Notes: generated by a model not told the origin, from the sequence alone. Shown: positions 52,591 to 64,000, counted from the stretch's first letter. The stretch: DNA of 64,000 bases from Negaprion brevirostris (GCA_030324005.1 JARDVH010000124.1:55519447-55583446); one strand, 5' to 3'. Program-made: numbers and translations.

Positions 52591-53338
52591 TGCATACTGG
52601 CAGCGATGTTTGTTTTGCCATTATTAATCAGTATTTGTGCCATGACTATATTTGCCTCTCGTCGTTGATTATCCGAGCTCCGATGTTGCATTTTACTGTT
52701 CTCTCTTTATTATTGCTTTTCGCGTTTCTCTTTTCGGTGTCACACAGTTTGTGTCCCCATCAACTTGCCATTCTGTTTTATCCCTTCCTAACCACACTAT
52801 CAAATCCTCACCGCAGGACAGGATTTCCCGTCCCGGCCAGGTACAACACGTTCAGTTTGTATTGATCTCACCCTCCCCCAGCACCGCCCCCACTCCCCGT
52901 CCCACCACCCCCACACCCCCTGAACCAGTGCCAACGTCCCAGGAATCTAAAACCCGACACCATAGCACCAGTTTCCCAGCCAGGTACTCAGCTGATATTC
53001 CAGCAACATTAACTTTGCCCAATAGGAGGAGCTGTTAGTAACTCTGAAATCACCAGATTTGAGGTAATAATTTTCAGCTGACTACCTAACCCCCATAATC
53101 CGCTTTTTGGATTTTTTTTTTAACCGACTTGATTAATAACAATGCAAATCATGACAAGTGGCTCTTCAGCGCCACCTGCTGACTATCTTCCAACTGCCCT
53201 GATAAACTCTTGACCCGAACACCAGGGGCGCAACATCCCAGCCTGGAGTATTGTTTGCGGCCAAAGGAATGCCTTCCAATTTCCCTGACGTTTGAATCTC
53301 AAATAAGGATTGTATTCCCAAACTTTCTGCTTCTATCT

Positions 53339-53741
53339 GAGGAGAGACTGAGGGATTTGAGGTTGTTTTCGTTAGAAAGAATGCGGCTAAGAGGGGACCT
53401 TGTTGAAACATATAAGATGATGAGGGGTTTAGATAGGGTGGACAGTGATAGCCTTTTTCCTCGATGGAGAAAGCTAGCACGAGGGGACATAGCTTTAAAT
53501 TAAGAGGTGGGAGTTATAGGACGGATGTCAGAGGTAGGTTCCTTACCCAGAGGGTGGTGATGGAATGGAATGCCCTGCCTGCTGCAGTTTTTGATGCGCC
53601 TAGTTTGGGGGCGTTTAAGAGCTCCGTGGATAGGTTTATGGATGGAACGGGATTGGTTTAGGTTAGAGGGTCATTGCTTTTTCAATTGGTCGGCGCGACA
53701 TCGTGGGCCGAAGGGCCTGTTCTGCGCTGTAATGTTCGATG
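53339..53741 (+). mobile_element. Young 5'-truncated CR1 LINE flanked by the direct repeat TTCTATCT
   Basis: EERLRDLRLFSLERMRLRGDLVETYKMMRGLDRVD, TRGHSFKL…FLTQRVVMEWNALP and tail GGGCCGAAGGGCC. Absent from the paralog (empty site at about 20800). Confidence 0.92.
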
Positions 53742-53911
53742 TTCTATCTCGTGCAATGGAGACATTTATGGTTCTATGAATTGGGATGTTACTCCCATCA
53801 CATGAGAAGCCATTACCCCAACAGGATCAAAATCAGCCCACCATCAGTGACACCTCCGCGCCAGGCCCTAAATATTTTCCCTGCTCGTCTGCCGAACACG
53901 AAGATGCGATT

Positions 53912-54101
53912 TCGCATGGCCGATCAACCCAATCTGCACTTCTTTGGACTGTGGGTGTGCTTTGGAGCACCCGGAGGAAATCCACGCAGACACGGAGACA
54001 ACATGCAGACTTCACCCAATGAGATCGGGATTGAAAACCCATGAGTGAAACCCCTGATGCTGTGAGGCAGCAGTGCTAACCACTGTCTCACCGTGCTGCC
54101 C
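53912..54101 (-). mobile_element. V-SINE (HE1-like), paralog of 20965-21155
   Basis: Same reverse-complement head and V domain. Confidence 0.85.
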
Positions 54102-55903
54102 TTATTTTGTTTTTATTAATTTAAAACAATCTGGATTCAGACTGATATTCAGATTGAAATAAATCTTTAAATTAAATTACATCATTCCTTCAAACTCAGC
54201 CCTTGTAACTCCCTGTTTCTCGAAGCTCCAGATAAGGCCACACTGAAAAGCCTTCTGTTTTTGGCCCGACATTCAAGGCTTCTGAAGCTGCATTCATCCT
54301 GATTTCTACTTAACTAGCTCCAGCTGAGAGGCTGTGAAAACCTGTTTCCAATCTGCGATTAAAATTCACTCTATCAAAAGTTCAATGTTTAATTGATTGC
54401 TAAAATAATGAACAAAGTAGATTGAAATTACGCATTTCCTGGATACGGTGAAGAAATCCCTGTCAATTCTGATCTCCTTCATGGAGTCCCATGCTGCCAC
54501 TGGTTTCTGAATTGATTATCACCTCTGATTATTACTGCAGTCTCCCGCCCTCTTGTGTGGAAAATACTCGCTCTGATGTGCAGCCGATTAAAGAATAATT
54601 GGCATTTGGGTTTAGTTCCTGTCGCGAATGCACAGGATTGTATTAAACAAATAACCTACTTTAAGCCCAAAGTTCACCAAAAATATGTTTACCCCCACAG
54701 TGTACAGTAAATCCGCATTAATCCAATCTTATCGGTTCCTTGCACGCCAGCCAAGAATAACAAATATTTATGTGGCACAAGCAGGGACATTGGGCAGTGC
54801 CCATTCATTTCCGAAGTTTCCACACGTGCATTACAATGTTAAACTGTATTTTATGAGATTTTCCAACGGGAATGCCGCAGTGTAGGGATGTGACCTGTCC
54901 CACATGGTTTCTGCTTTGTGATTTCCTGCAGTATTTTCAGTGGTACATTACATTGAAAGTATCGGAGAGGATGTGTAGTGTGTTTGACAGAAAGAAACTG
55001 CCAGTTGAACTGGAATATAATACAAGTACTTGTGTCGTGTTGAACTCATTGTGGAAATGGTTGTAATTCGAACTCATTTTTCTTTTACCGTTTCAGGTCA
55101 CAGTCATCACAAAATTCAGGATGTGACGTCCTCAGACATGTGACTTAAATCAATGGGGAAGCCCATTAAGTTTTCCACAAATATCGCCATGTCAAATATG
55201 CTTTAATCTCACATAAATACATTGTTTTTTTTTTTGCATCGATATGTTATTATTTCATGTTGTGTATTTTGTGAATTCTTATGTCTTTCCTTGTTTTATA
55301 TGAAAGAGTAAACGTTTTGCTGAATTAATAACGAAAACAACATGGAATGCGTATCGAGTATTGCACTGTCCTTATTAAAGTATTTACATTGCATTGCATT
55401 GTGGAACGGAACCGTTATTCTAAGTCAAGATTTGATGCGTTTTTTTTTTGTCAAATGGATTTGAACTTTATTTTGCAAAAGCTCCCTTTCTTATGCCATT
55501 AAATAAAGATTAGGGCGGATAAATACATGGTTTGTTTCCAGAATCTTCATTTGTTATATTCTAAATCGTCATGGAGGCGGGGTGTAGGGGTGGGGGGGGG
55601 GGGTAGTTGGTGGAGAGGGTCCACTGCTTTTCACCAGCAAATAAATACAACCCGATTGCACCCAAGAACTACCCGAAGCACTGGCGACAGTTGAGTAGCG
55701 GGAGGTATGAAGATGTTGGTCAGATTCCCATGTCTCCTTTTCAATTTAATTCTGCAATATTTATGTCCAGTAATCCATTAGTTTTCATTTACTCCGGATA
55801 AGCCCCTGCATTTTCGTCCGGCAATTTTAACCATCCTTCGGTCATTACGGCCATTAAAATAGAAATATTCATTAGCTGAACGCTTGTCATTTTCCCTGAG
55901 GCT

Positions 55904-56900
55904 GTGGAAACTGCCATCCGTACTAATAACATGGATTGGCCAGATAGTAATCACCACCGGAAGAGAACGGTCTTAACGTGTTACAGGAACACTGCTATGG
56001 AGCCCAAACCGACCAAGGTTAAATACGATCTGGTACAGCTACCCCCGCGCCAACCCAGGTCCAGAAAACCAACCCCTCCAGTGTCCGACCCCGAACTGGC
56101 AAGGGCATCTCAAATAGAACCCCAATATAGTGTTCCTGAACGGTTTATGATAGCGGGTATATCACTCACCCGAATGGTCCCACTATTCCCCAGCACGGAC
56201 CACCGTAAGCACCCGTCCCATGGACCAAGCGATCCCTCGTCACGCGGCAGACCACCCCGTCCTGCGCAAGGATGTTTTAATTGCGGCAGTCGAGACGGCT
56301 GGAAACGGGACTGCCCTCAAAACCAGCCTCAGGGGAGACCCCAAGGCAGGAGGGAACACTTTTCCACTCGCAACCCCTTTTCGGCCTTACTTCCCTCACC
56401 CCATATTTTGCCCGTTTTGACTCGAAATCCGGAGGAGGAGCCAGTTGTTGGCTTAACTATACAGGGTGTCGGAATTCCCTTTATGATTGACACTGGGGCC
56501 ACAACATCTACAATATATGTCTCATGTGTACAGCAACATGGGTTTAAACTCTCACCAGCCTCAGTTAATCTTAGCGGGATCACCTGACAGGAAAACGCCT
56601 ACTCTTTAACAGAACCATTGACAGGTATTCTGGCCCTCAAACTTGTGTTACATAAGAACATAAGAAGTCGGAGCAGGAGTAGGCCATCAAGCCCTTCGAG
56701 CCTGCCCCGCCATTCAATAGGATCACGGCTGATCTGAAGTGGATCAGTTCCACTTACCCGCTTTCTCCCCATAACCCTTAATTCCCCTGTCTTCCCCTGT
56801 CTGTATTGTTCAATTTGCCCAGACCCTCAATTTGGTGATTAATTTCGCAGGAAGGATTTTGTTGTGCCTCCTTCATATTGGAATTCTTTGTCTCATTGAG
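55904..56900 (+). mobile_element. Endogenous retrovirus/LTR element gag-pro relic
   Basis: Zn-knuckle-like CFNCGSRDGWKRDCP, protease IPFMIDTGATTS, stop at 56585, then after a CR1-tail insert VINFAGRILLC (GRD-helix-like). Confidence 0.8.
56649..56790 (-). mobile_element. Short CR1 3'-tail insertion inside the ERV protease
   Basis: CATAAGAACATAAGAAGTCGGAGCAGGAGTAGGCCATCAAGCCCTTCGAGCC…. Confidence 0.8.
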
Positions 56901-57069
56901 CGCATTAGCATAAAAAAGTGGGCCTATTAAGCGACAGGCTTGGGTTCAAAGATCTCACAATGATGGACAATTGACCGATCTCCATGAAATTTTACCCGCC
57001 CCCCTCCCCACCCCCCCAACCCGGATCCGTGTTCTGCTGCCGATATTTTGTCATTTATTTAAAAGACAC

Positions 57070-58100
57070 AGATGAGAATGAGGACAGAAGGAGCAGTAAG
57101 TTTGTTGAAGACGCAAAGATTGGCCGAGTTGTTAATAGTGAAGTCGAGTAACTTGGGCTGTGGCAAGACAAAGAACAAACAAAGAACAACACAGCACGGG
57201 AAACAGGCCCTTCGGCCCAACGAGCCCGTGCCCATTGTAACATTATGAGTTCCCCCCCCCCACCCCCCTCATAGAAAAAATGCTCAAATGGGCTGATAAA
57301 TTGCAGGTGGGATTTAACCCTCAAGTGTGTGAGGTGATACACGTTGAAATAAGTAATTTGACAAGAAACGTTACTATGATTGGTCTGATACTGGGAAGTC
57401 CCAACGAACAAAGGGAACTCAGTATGTTTGTCCATCAATCTCTGAAGGAAGAAAGACAGGCAAATAAAGTAGTGAAAAAGGCGTATGATCCACTTGTCTT
57501 TATTAGTTGGCGAACACATTACAAAAACACACAGTTCATGATGGAGTTATATAGGAATTTTGTGAGGACACAGCTGGAGGACTGTGCGGTTCTGGTCGCC
57601 ACATTCTCGAAAGGATGTCATCGAGCTGGAAGAGATTCAGAAAAGATTGAACACGATGTTGCCTCGGATGGACCTGTGCAACATCGTTATAAAGAGATGT
57701 TGGATAGCCTTGCATTCTTTTGTCTGATGCAGGGAAGACTGAGTGTTGATTTGACTGAGGTGTTAACGATGATGAGAAACATGGACAGGCTGGATAAGGA
57801 GCGAATGTGGCCCTGTTGAAGGGTCAGTTACGAGGCAACATGAGATGAAAGTGAGTACTGTGAGCCTCAGGAGTGATTTTAGGAAGACCCTGGACTGCAA
57901 AGACTGGCAGTGTTTTGGAAGTGGGATGTCTCACATCCTTTGAAAGGTACGTGGATGAGTACTTGACACGCCATAACGTTCAAGGCTGAGGACCAAGTGC
58001 TGACAAGTGAGATTAGGTGGGCAGGCTACATCACGTCATGCGTCAATGTAGACTCGAATGCAAATGGGCCTCTTCTGCACTGGAGTATTTTGTGTTTCTG
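57070..58100 (+). mobile_element. CR1 LINE 3' part with a nested ~70-bp antisense tail (57165-57233)
   Basis: SKFVEDAKIG, KWADKLQVGFNPQVCEVIH, LYRNFVRTQLEDC and tail AATGGGCCTCTTCTGCACTG. Confidence 0.8.
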
Positions 58101-58324
58101 TGATTTTATGATTGCGATGTTCCTTCAAAGGAAAATATTTCTACATGGCCAGTCAGTGAAGGAGAGTGAGAGTTTTGATGGATTGCATTGTTACACAGTT
58201 TCTCTGTACAGAGAGGATGAGAATGCAAATAACATACAAAACAATATTTGTTTATTAAGCATTTCTGCAGAGTGAGAGAGGGAATGACAGTGTAGATAAG
58301 ATAAATGCAATGTGCCTCGCCAAG

Positions 58325-58591
58325 CACCTCTGCAGAGAGAGAGAGAGAGGGGGAGAGCGGGAGAGAGAGAGAGAGAGAGGGCGGGGGGCTCGGAAAGAGG
58401 GTGCACTTCACATAAAAGCAATGTCGCTTTACCGAAAATTCCCACAGAGAGATTGAGAGAGCAATTCAGATAACTGCAAAGCATTCATTCTCAAACATCT
58501 CTGTATGGAGAGAAAAAAACTGAGAGACAGTTTGAAAAGTTCAATGGAGCTTTGTCAAGCGTCTCTGCAGAGAGAAAGAGAGAGAGAGGAG

Positions 58592-58623
<32 letters not shown>

Positions 58624-58650
58624 CAGAGAGAGAGAATGCTGAGAGAGAGC
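58325..58650. repeat. (GA)n microsatellites
   Basis: GA runs at 58334-58380 and 58569-58650. Confidence 0.85.
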
Positions 58651-59146
58651 GATCAAATAACTAGGCCAACAATTCTGCTCCCTGACTGGCTGGGCAGGTT
58701 GTCCTTCAGTAACTGGAACTTCCCAATTGGTTGAGCTGGCTGTTTCATAACTGGCACTGCTCCGTGATTCGCTAGGCTGCAATTGGTCTGAAAGCCGAGC
58801 CTGTGACTGGCTCCGGCGCTGCCAGTCAGAGTCACCAGTTGTCTGATTGGCCGAAACTTCAGCTGGTCCATGAGCTGAGCCCGATGATTGAAAAAAAGGC
58901 AGGGATTGACTGGCTGGTCAATATTACATGACTGGCCGGTTGGTGTCCTGATTGCTGGGCACGGCGGTCAGTCAGAATCCCCAGTTGCTGATTGGCGGAC
59001 CTGCTTGTCAGTTTAATTACAGAGACGATTGATTAGCAGACTCTGTTGTCAGTCAATGTGCAACATTGATGATTTGTCAGTTATGAAACCCCTTCTGATT
59101 CGCAAAGACTGTTAGTTATCGATCCTGGTCTCTGATTGGTTGTCAC

Positions 59147-60048
59147 TCAGTTTTGTTTCTTCAGTAATTTATTAATTGATGTAACTGGATATGTCACGAT
59201 GATTCTAATCTGCTCCCTGAATTTGGATTGAGTTGCTGTGTAAATAAATGTATTTGTGCAGCAATTCAAATCCTGCAGCATAAACCCGACTTGTTGAAAT
59301 GTGTAATCAGGAGGAGGGATGTAAATTATTCTTTTCACTCTCGAGTAGAAAAAAAATACAACGTAGACCGACCAGAGGAGAATGAAAGCCCCGGATATGC
59401 TGAAAAGTAAAATCATTGACTTCCTTCTGCTCTCCATCTCGGGATCTCTGTGATTCTTTCCACGACTCTGAGCCTTCAGTGCCTTCCGGACTTTGCTGGT
59501 CACTAAAATGTGCTGGACAGTCAGAGCGTTAATCAACAGGATTAAACCAAATGGGAGCAATGGGGTTAAAACCTTATCAAACCAGTGAAATACAACCCAA
59601 CCACGATCAATGAAATAGCTTGCCTTTGTCTGACAGTCCCACTGCACGTTGCCAATTATCCATTTGGGTTCCACTGTTAAGTACCAGGGGATATTTTTTA
59701 CACAAAGCAAGATGCAAGTTGTTGCCAGAATAACAGTTGCCGTTTTCCTGGTGCAATATTTAGTTTTCAGTTCCTGGCAACGAATGGCCACGATTCGATC
59801 CAAAGAGAAAGTGACGGTAAACCAGACAGAACAGTCTCTGGCTGCAGATCCTAAGACAAGTTTAACACAACATACAGACGTGAGGTGCAGGAAATTCCAT
59901 GGCATGTAATATTTATTAATGTAGTTGAGAATGAGGTTGATGATGATGAAAAGTAGATCTGCTGCTGCCATAGCCAGCAGGTAGCGAGTGGTGCAGGTGG
60001 AGAGGCCACATTTTCCCCGACTCAGGATCACAATTCCCAGTATATTAA
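59147..60048 (-). CDS. GPR139-like GPCR gene D, exon 2 (intact; exon 1 predicted outside the window)
   Basis: Acceptor TTTCTCTGACAG|TT. Motifs GKCGLSTCTTRYLLAMAAADLL, DCSVWFTVTFSLDRIVAI, TPLLPF, DPEMESRRKS, NCCTNTFIY, TQSKFR; TGA at 59149-59147. Confidence 0.92.
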
Positions 60049-62629
60049 CTGTCAGAGAAACAGAGATAAACACCAGGAAAATTATGCATAAACATTTTCC
60101 TTGTCTGGTTTCAGCATCAACCCTATGGACAGAGAAGTTCTTGGGGAGCTGGTGTTGTTAGAAGAGTTGTGTTAGAGATGAGCATTGCAAACTGGAAAGT
60201 AGTGAATGTAACAATGTTTATTCAGCAGGGGTTTGCCGACAGAACACTGTGAACTACAGGAATCACTTTGAATGAGTCATTCTGTAAATTCTGGTCAAGC
60301 AAAAGTTTCTGAAAAAATTGCATTTCCAAAAACATTTCTTTACAGAATTGATTGAAAGTTGATGCGTTTCCCAATGAGGCCCTAAGTGGACAGAAATATG
60401 CCAGAGATTTGCAATAGAAATTGTCATCCCTCCCTACAACGAATTACCAGAGCCCACCCCGGATTTATATCTCCCCCTGCCTCTAGAGCTGATTGTGTTG
60501 GATCTCTGTGTAAGAATTTCTCTTTGTTTTAAACTTGCCAAATTAATTCCCCATTTAGTCTCTCCCATCAGCTTTTCGATTTGTTTTCTTTTTCTCCTGA
60601 TTCTTTCTCTGTTTGTCTCTCATTCCATTCTTCTCTGGCTCTATTTCTTCCCCTTTTTCCCTTATTACTTTCTCGACTCTTCTGTCTTCCCTATCTCCAG
60701 ATTTCTTTCACACTCCTCTCACTCTCACATACACACACTATCTCCCCATATCTGTCTATCTCCCTTCTTCTCTCTCTCTCTCGAAATTCTTTGAGTGTTT
60801 TAAACCTTTAATCAGTGAAATATTTCCACAAAAAGCAATGCCGTTTGTGGTTGTGACACCCTGGGTGAACAAGTTATTCCATTGTTTATTTCAACGCGGA
60901 GCACATACTTGTGTGAGAGAGATAGGAAATGATATAATGACAGTGTGTACGATTGGGGAAGATAAGTGGAGAAATTGGGATGCAGAGGGACGTCTACCCA
61001 AATAGGAAAATCCATAAAAATAGTGAGAATTGAAGGGGCAGAGGGAAGCTGAGGGGAGTGGAAGGTCAAAGCAGAAGTGGTGAGGGAGGGAAAGAGAGAC
61101 AAGATGTGATGGTCACCAATGTGCATTAACTGGCTACATCTATACTGAAATTACCTCAGAGTGTCTGACATGAGGGGAAGGTTCCTGTGAGGGTGATTTT
61201 AAAAGGAATCCTAAAGGAATCAGCAGGCCCTTCTAAAACTGAAAGGTGGAGGTGGGCAACTTCTGGAGTCAATGCCGGATTGGGCAGGGAAGAGGGGGCG
61301 GACATTTTTATACAAATTCAATAGATTTTCTTCTCTCTTTCCATTTAAATCCTTCTGCCTTCTGCGATAAGAACTGGAAAAAGCAAGAGCTTGAGGTAGA
61401 ATGAGGAAACCCGAGGGGTGAGGCAGATCGTTTGTGGCATCATACTGAACAAACCCACTGGGCTGTAATTCAATTTGTCTCAGGAAGCTGGATGTAGGAT
61501 AGAGCATTCTCCAAAGTTAAAAGTCACACCACACTGTTAATGGTGCCATGTGGGTTTTCCTGGAGAACTTGTTTTGAAAGATTCTCTCAGTTTTAAAAGG
61601 GAGTTTCAGCTTTTGATTGGAATGAATGAAAGTCTCCAGATTTGGGACAATGTCTTTCAAGTCTTAAAATTGAAAGATGGGACTGAGAGTGTTAGTGAAC
61701 ACTTCCTGCCCGGACTGAGGGGAGATGCAGCCAATGTCACATTGTTACTTGTGGAATCATACAGTGCGACCAATATTCCAGCGTCAGTTTGTACATTANN
61801 NNNNNNNNNNNNNNNNNNNNNNNNNNNNNNNNNNNNNNNNNNNNNNNNNNNNNNNNNNNNNNNNNNNNNNNNNNNNNNNNNNNNNNNNNNNNNNNNNNNN
61901 NNNNNNNNNNNNNNNNNNNNNNNNNNTGAGCTGTATGTTGTTTTTTTCACTGTGTTTTGGATCTTCCTCTGCACAATTTATCTGCAGAATCCTCTAAATT
62001 AACGATAGTGAGGTCACATTTAAAATCAACCTCATCAACTGCAGCTAATACCTTATGGCCAGGAATCAGAGTCACTTAACTTGAAGCAGGGAAAAGTGTA
62101 GAACAAAACTTGTGCCTGAGGCAGTGAAATAAATGTGGTGGTGAAATGAAATGTGATGAGGGACATTTGAATTCAGTTTGCAGTGGTGGGGATAGTCGGT
62201 GTGCTCGCTCGCTGTCTGTCTCTCTATCTCCCTCTACCTGTCTTATTGGCTGAGTCACTGTCTGTCTCTATGACTGTCCTTCTCTCTGTCTCTCTGTAGC
62301 TTCAGTTTCTGGTTTGTGAAGCGAGAAAGTGATAAATTGGAGAGAGGCTGCTGAGGTGAAGGGCTAGTGTTGCACACTGTGGAAGTGAGAAAGGAAAGGG
62401 AGGATCATGACCAATAGTGATAGAGGCAGCAAACGAGTGATGAAATGTGATTAGGTGCAAATGATTTCGGATTTGATGCTGGGGGATCCTGTGTACAGTC
62501 ACTAATCAGGTCCTGCTCACATCATTCCAGACAGTGTGATGTCCAAAATCTCCAATCCTGAGATGGTCTGTTTTAAAATGCCTCCTGATGGAATGAAGAA
62601 CTTCCTCACATTTGAGGTTTAACCCATCT

Positions 62630-62806
62630 TTACTGGGGTGGGCTGGGGAAAACTTTGCTGTCAGAAGTCTGACGACACCAGGTTTAAGTCCTGTGCGTTT
62701 AAGACTTGTGAGTTTACTCTCAAATAAATCGGTTGGACTTAAACCTGATGTTGTCAGAAGGCTTACTGTGTTTACCCCAGTCCAACGCCGGCATCTCCAC
62801 ATCATG
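62630..62806. mobile_element. Penelope-like terminal-repeat remnant with a 24-bp inverted repeat
   Basis: Arms 62668-62691 and 62735-62758 are complementary at 22 of 24 positions. Confidence 0.6.
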
Positions 62807-63367
62807 ATAACTTTGCTGTCCATGGGAGACTGTTGTGCTTAAAATATCCAACAGCCTTTTTGGGAACTTCAACATGTAACAATTTGAACATCAGACCAGA
62901 CCAGTGAACGTAAAGCACACGGGAGGGAGCGGGCAATGATGAAATTCAAAGTCCCTGGCCGTGATACATTTGTCTTCTAAATCTCACTGTCCTTGTTTAT
63001 GTGTGCAGAGAGGGTGCTGTGGATTGGAGAATTTCTGGATAGAAAGGGTTGGGAGAGAAGTTCAATGTCAATGTCTCTGCCACTCCAGATCTATCTCTCT
63101 CTCTTCCATCAATTTGTTTCCATGTTGCTTCTTATCATATTTTAAAGGAATTTCTCATTTGTCTTTGGAAGGAGTGAGCGAGAGAGAGAGAGAGATTGAG
63201 AGAGAGACAGGACGCCGGGGCATGTCCTTTTCTTCAAAGCCCCTCTAAATCCCATGTTCCTCACCTTCAGTCTATTCACCCTGGATATTTACACCTCTGC
63301 TACAGGGAAAACTTTTCTCCTTAACTTGACCCGTAAGAATTTTCTCAGGGTTGAAGAGTCAATTACT

Positions 63368-63645
63368 CGGGGGATATGATTAAAATGTGAGAGAAAAGGT
63401 CGAAGGAAAATGTACGAGGCATTCTTTTTTGTTTAGAGGGTGGTAGGTGCCTGGAACTCGCTGCTGGGGGAGGTTGTGGAAACATATACGACAGTGTCTT
63501 TTCAGAGACGTATCGTTCTAGACATGAGTAAGATAGGATGAGAACTATCTGACCTCCGCTGGGGCAGAGGCTTTTTGTGCACACAAGCAGCATGTTTTGG
63601 CGCAGGTTTGGGAGTCCGAAGGGATTGTTCCGACGCTGTAATTTT
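63368..63645 (+). mobile_element. CR1-type LINE 3' end, paralog of 23760-24015
   Basis: CTGGAACTCGCTGCTGGGGGAGGTTGTGGA…CCGAAGGGATTGTTCCGACGCTGTAA. Confidence 0.6.
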
Positions 63646-64000
63646 CTCGGATATTTTTTCTCTATGTCCCATATAATTTTATATGTCCACTCTCAGCGTT
63701 CACTGTTCTCAGGAAAGCAGCTCGAGCCCAAGCAAACTCCCTTTATTGCAGAAACACTCATACAAGGTCACATCTTCGTGAGTATCTTTTGCATCACTTC
63801 CAGGGCAATCATATCCTCCTTCTAATAAGGATACCGGAACTCCTCACAGTACTTTAGCTGAGGACAAATAACCTTTTTTTTTAAGTTCCCTGATAACGAC
63901 CCTGCTCCTATCTTCTATGCCTCAGCTAATAAAGATTATTATCATGTGTGTCTCGTTAACCATCTGATCATCAGGGGTTAACCAAGTGAAGGAAAGAAAC

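Larger units (their letters stand above)
52353..64000 (+). repeat. Segmental duplication, copy 2 (paralog of 19150-24380), containing gene D exon 2
   Basis: Collinear matches as listed for copy 1; 54395-61200 falls where copy 1 has an N-gap. Confidence 0.88.

Noticed and set aside
60049-60073. Start of the 308-aa ORF (MFISVSLT)
   Set aside because: It lies in the intron's polypyrimidine tract and is a GTG start, not a true initiator.

Overview
Eukaryotic, repeat-rich draft-assembly DNA with 13 N-gaps. The HE1/V-SINE, CR1, RTE and Penelope-like repeats point to a cartilaginous fish (shark or ray); this is an inference. The window holds a tandem cluster of two-exon class A GPCR genes of the GPR139/GPR142-like type. 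Each has a tiny exon 1 ending in G(V/I)P plus one G, a phase-1 intron, and one large exon 2. Gene A (+, 894-957 joined to 4606-5519) is complete. Gene B (-) shows only exon 1 (26148-26214); its exon 2 is probably hidden in the gap at 21449-21548. Gene C (-, 49659-49590 joined to 48266-47540) runs into a gap. Gene D (-) shows exon 2 (60048-59147); its exon 1 is predicted just beyond the window. A fifth, promoter-only copy lies at 26680-26720. Two large duplications are visible (19.1-24.4 kb vs 52.4-64 kb; 26.7-34.9 kb vs 26.3-26.6 kb plus 35.0-43.4 kb), and the second may partly be an assembly artefact. The most interesting signal is that every visible promoter has an Olf/EBF-like motif about 20 bp upstream of a TATA or TAATTA element, with homeodomain TAAT sites nearby. 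That resembles olfactory-receptor promoters and suggests an expanded, possibly chemosensory GPR139-like family; this is an untested hypothesis. Other features are an ERV gag-pro relic, hammerhead-like and fold-back Penelope remnants, a 32-bp minisatellite and an unidentified ~200-codon open frame present in several copies. Repeat boundaries are approximate and all alignments were done by eye.
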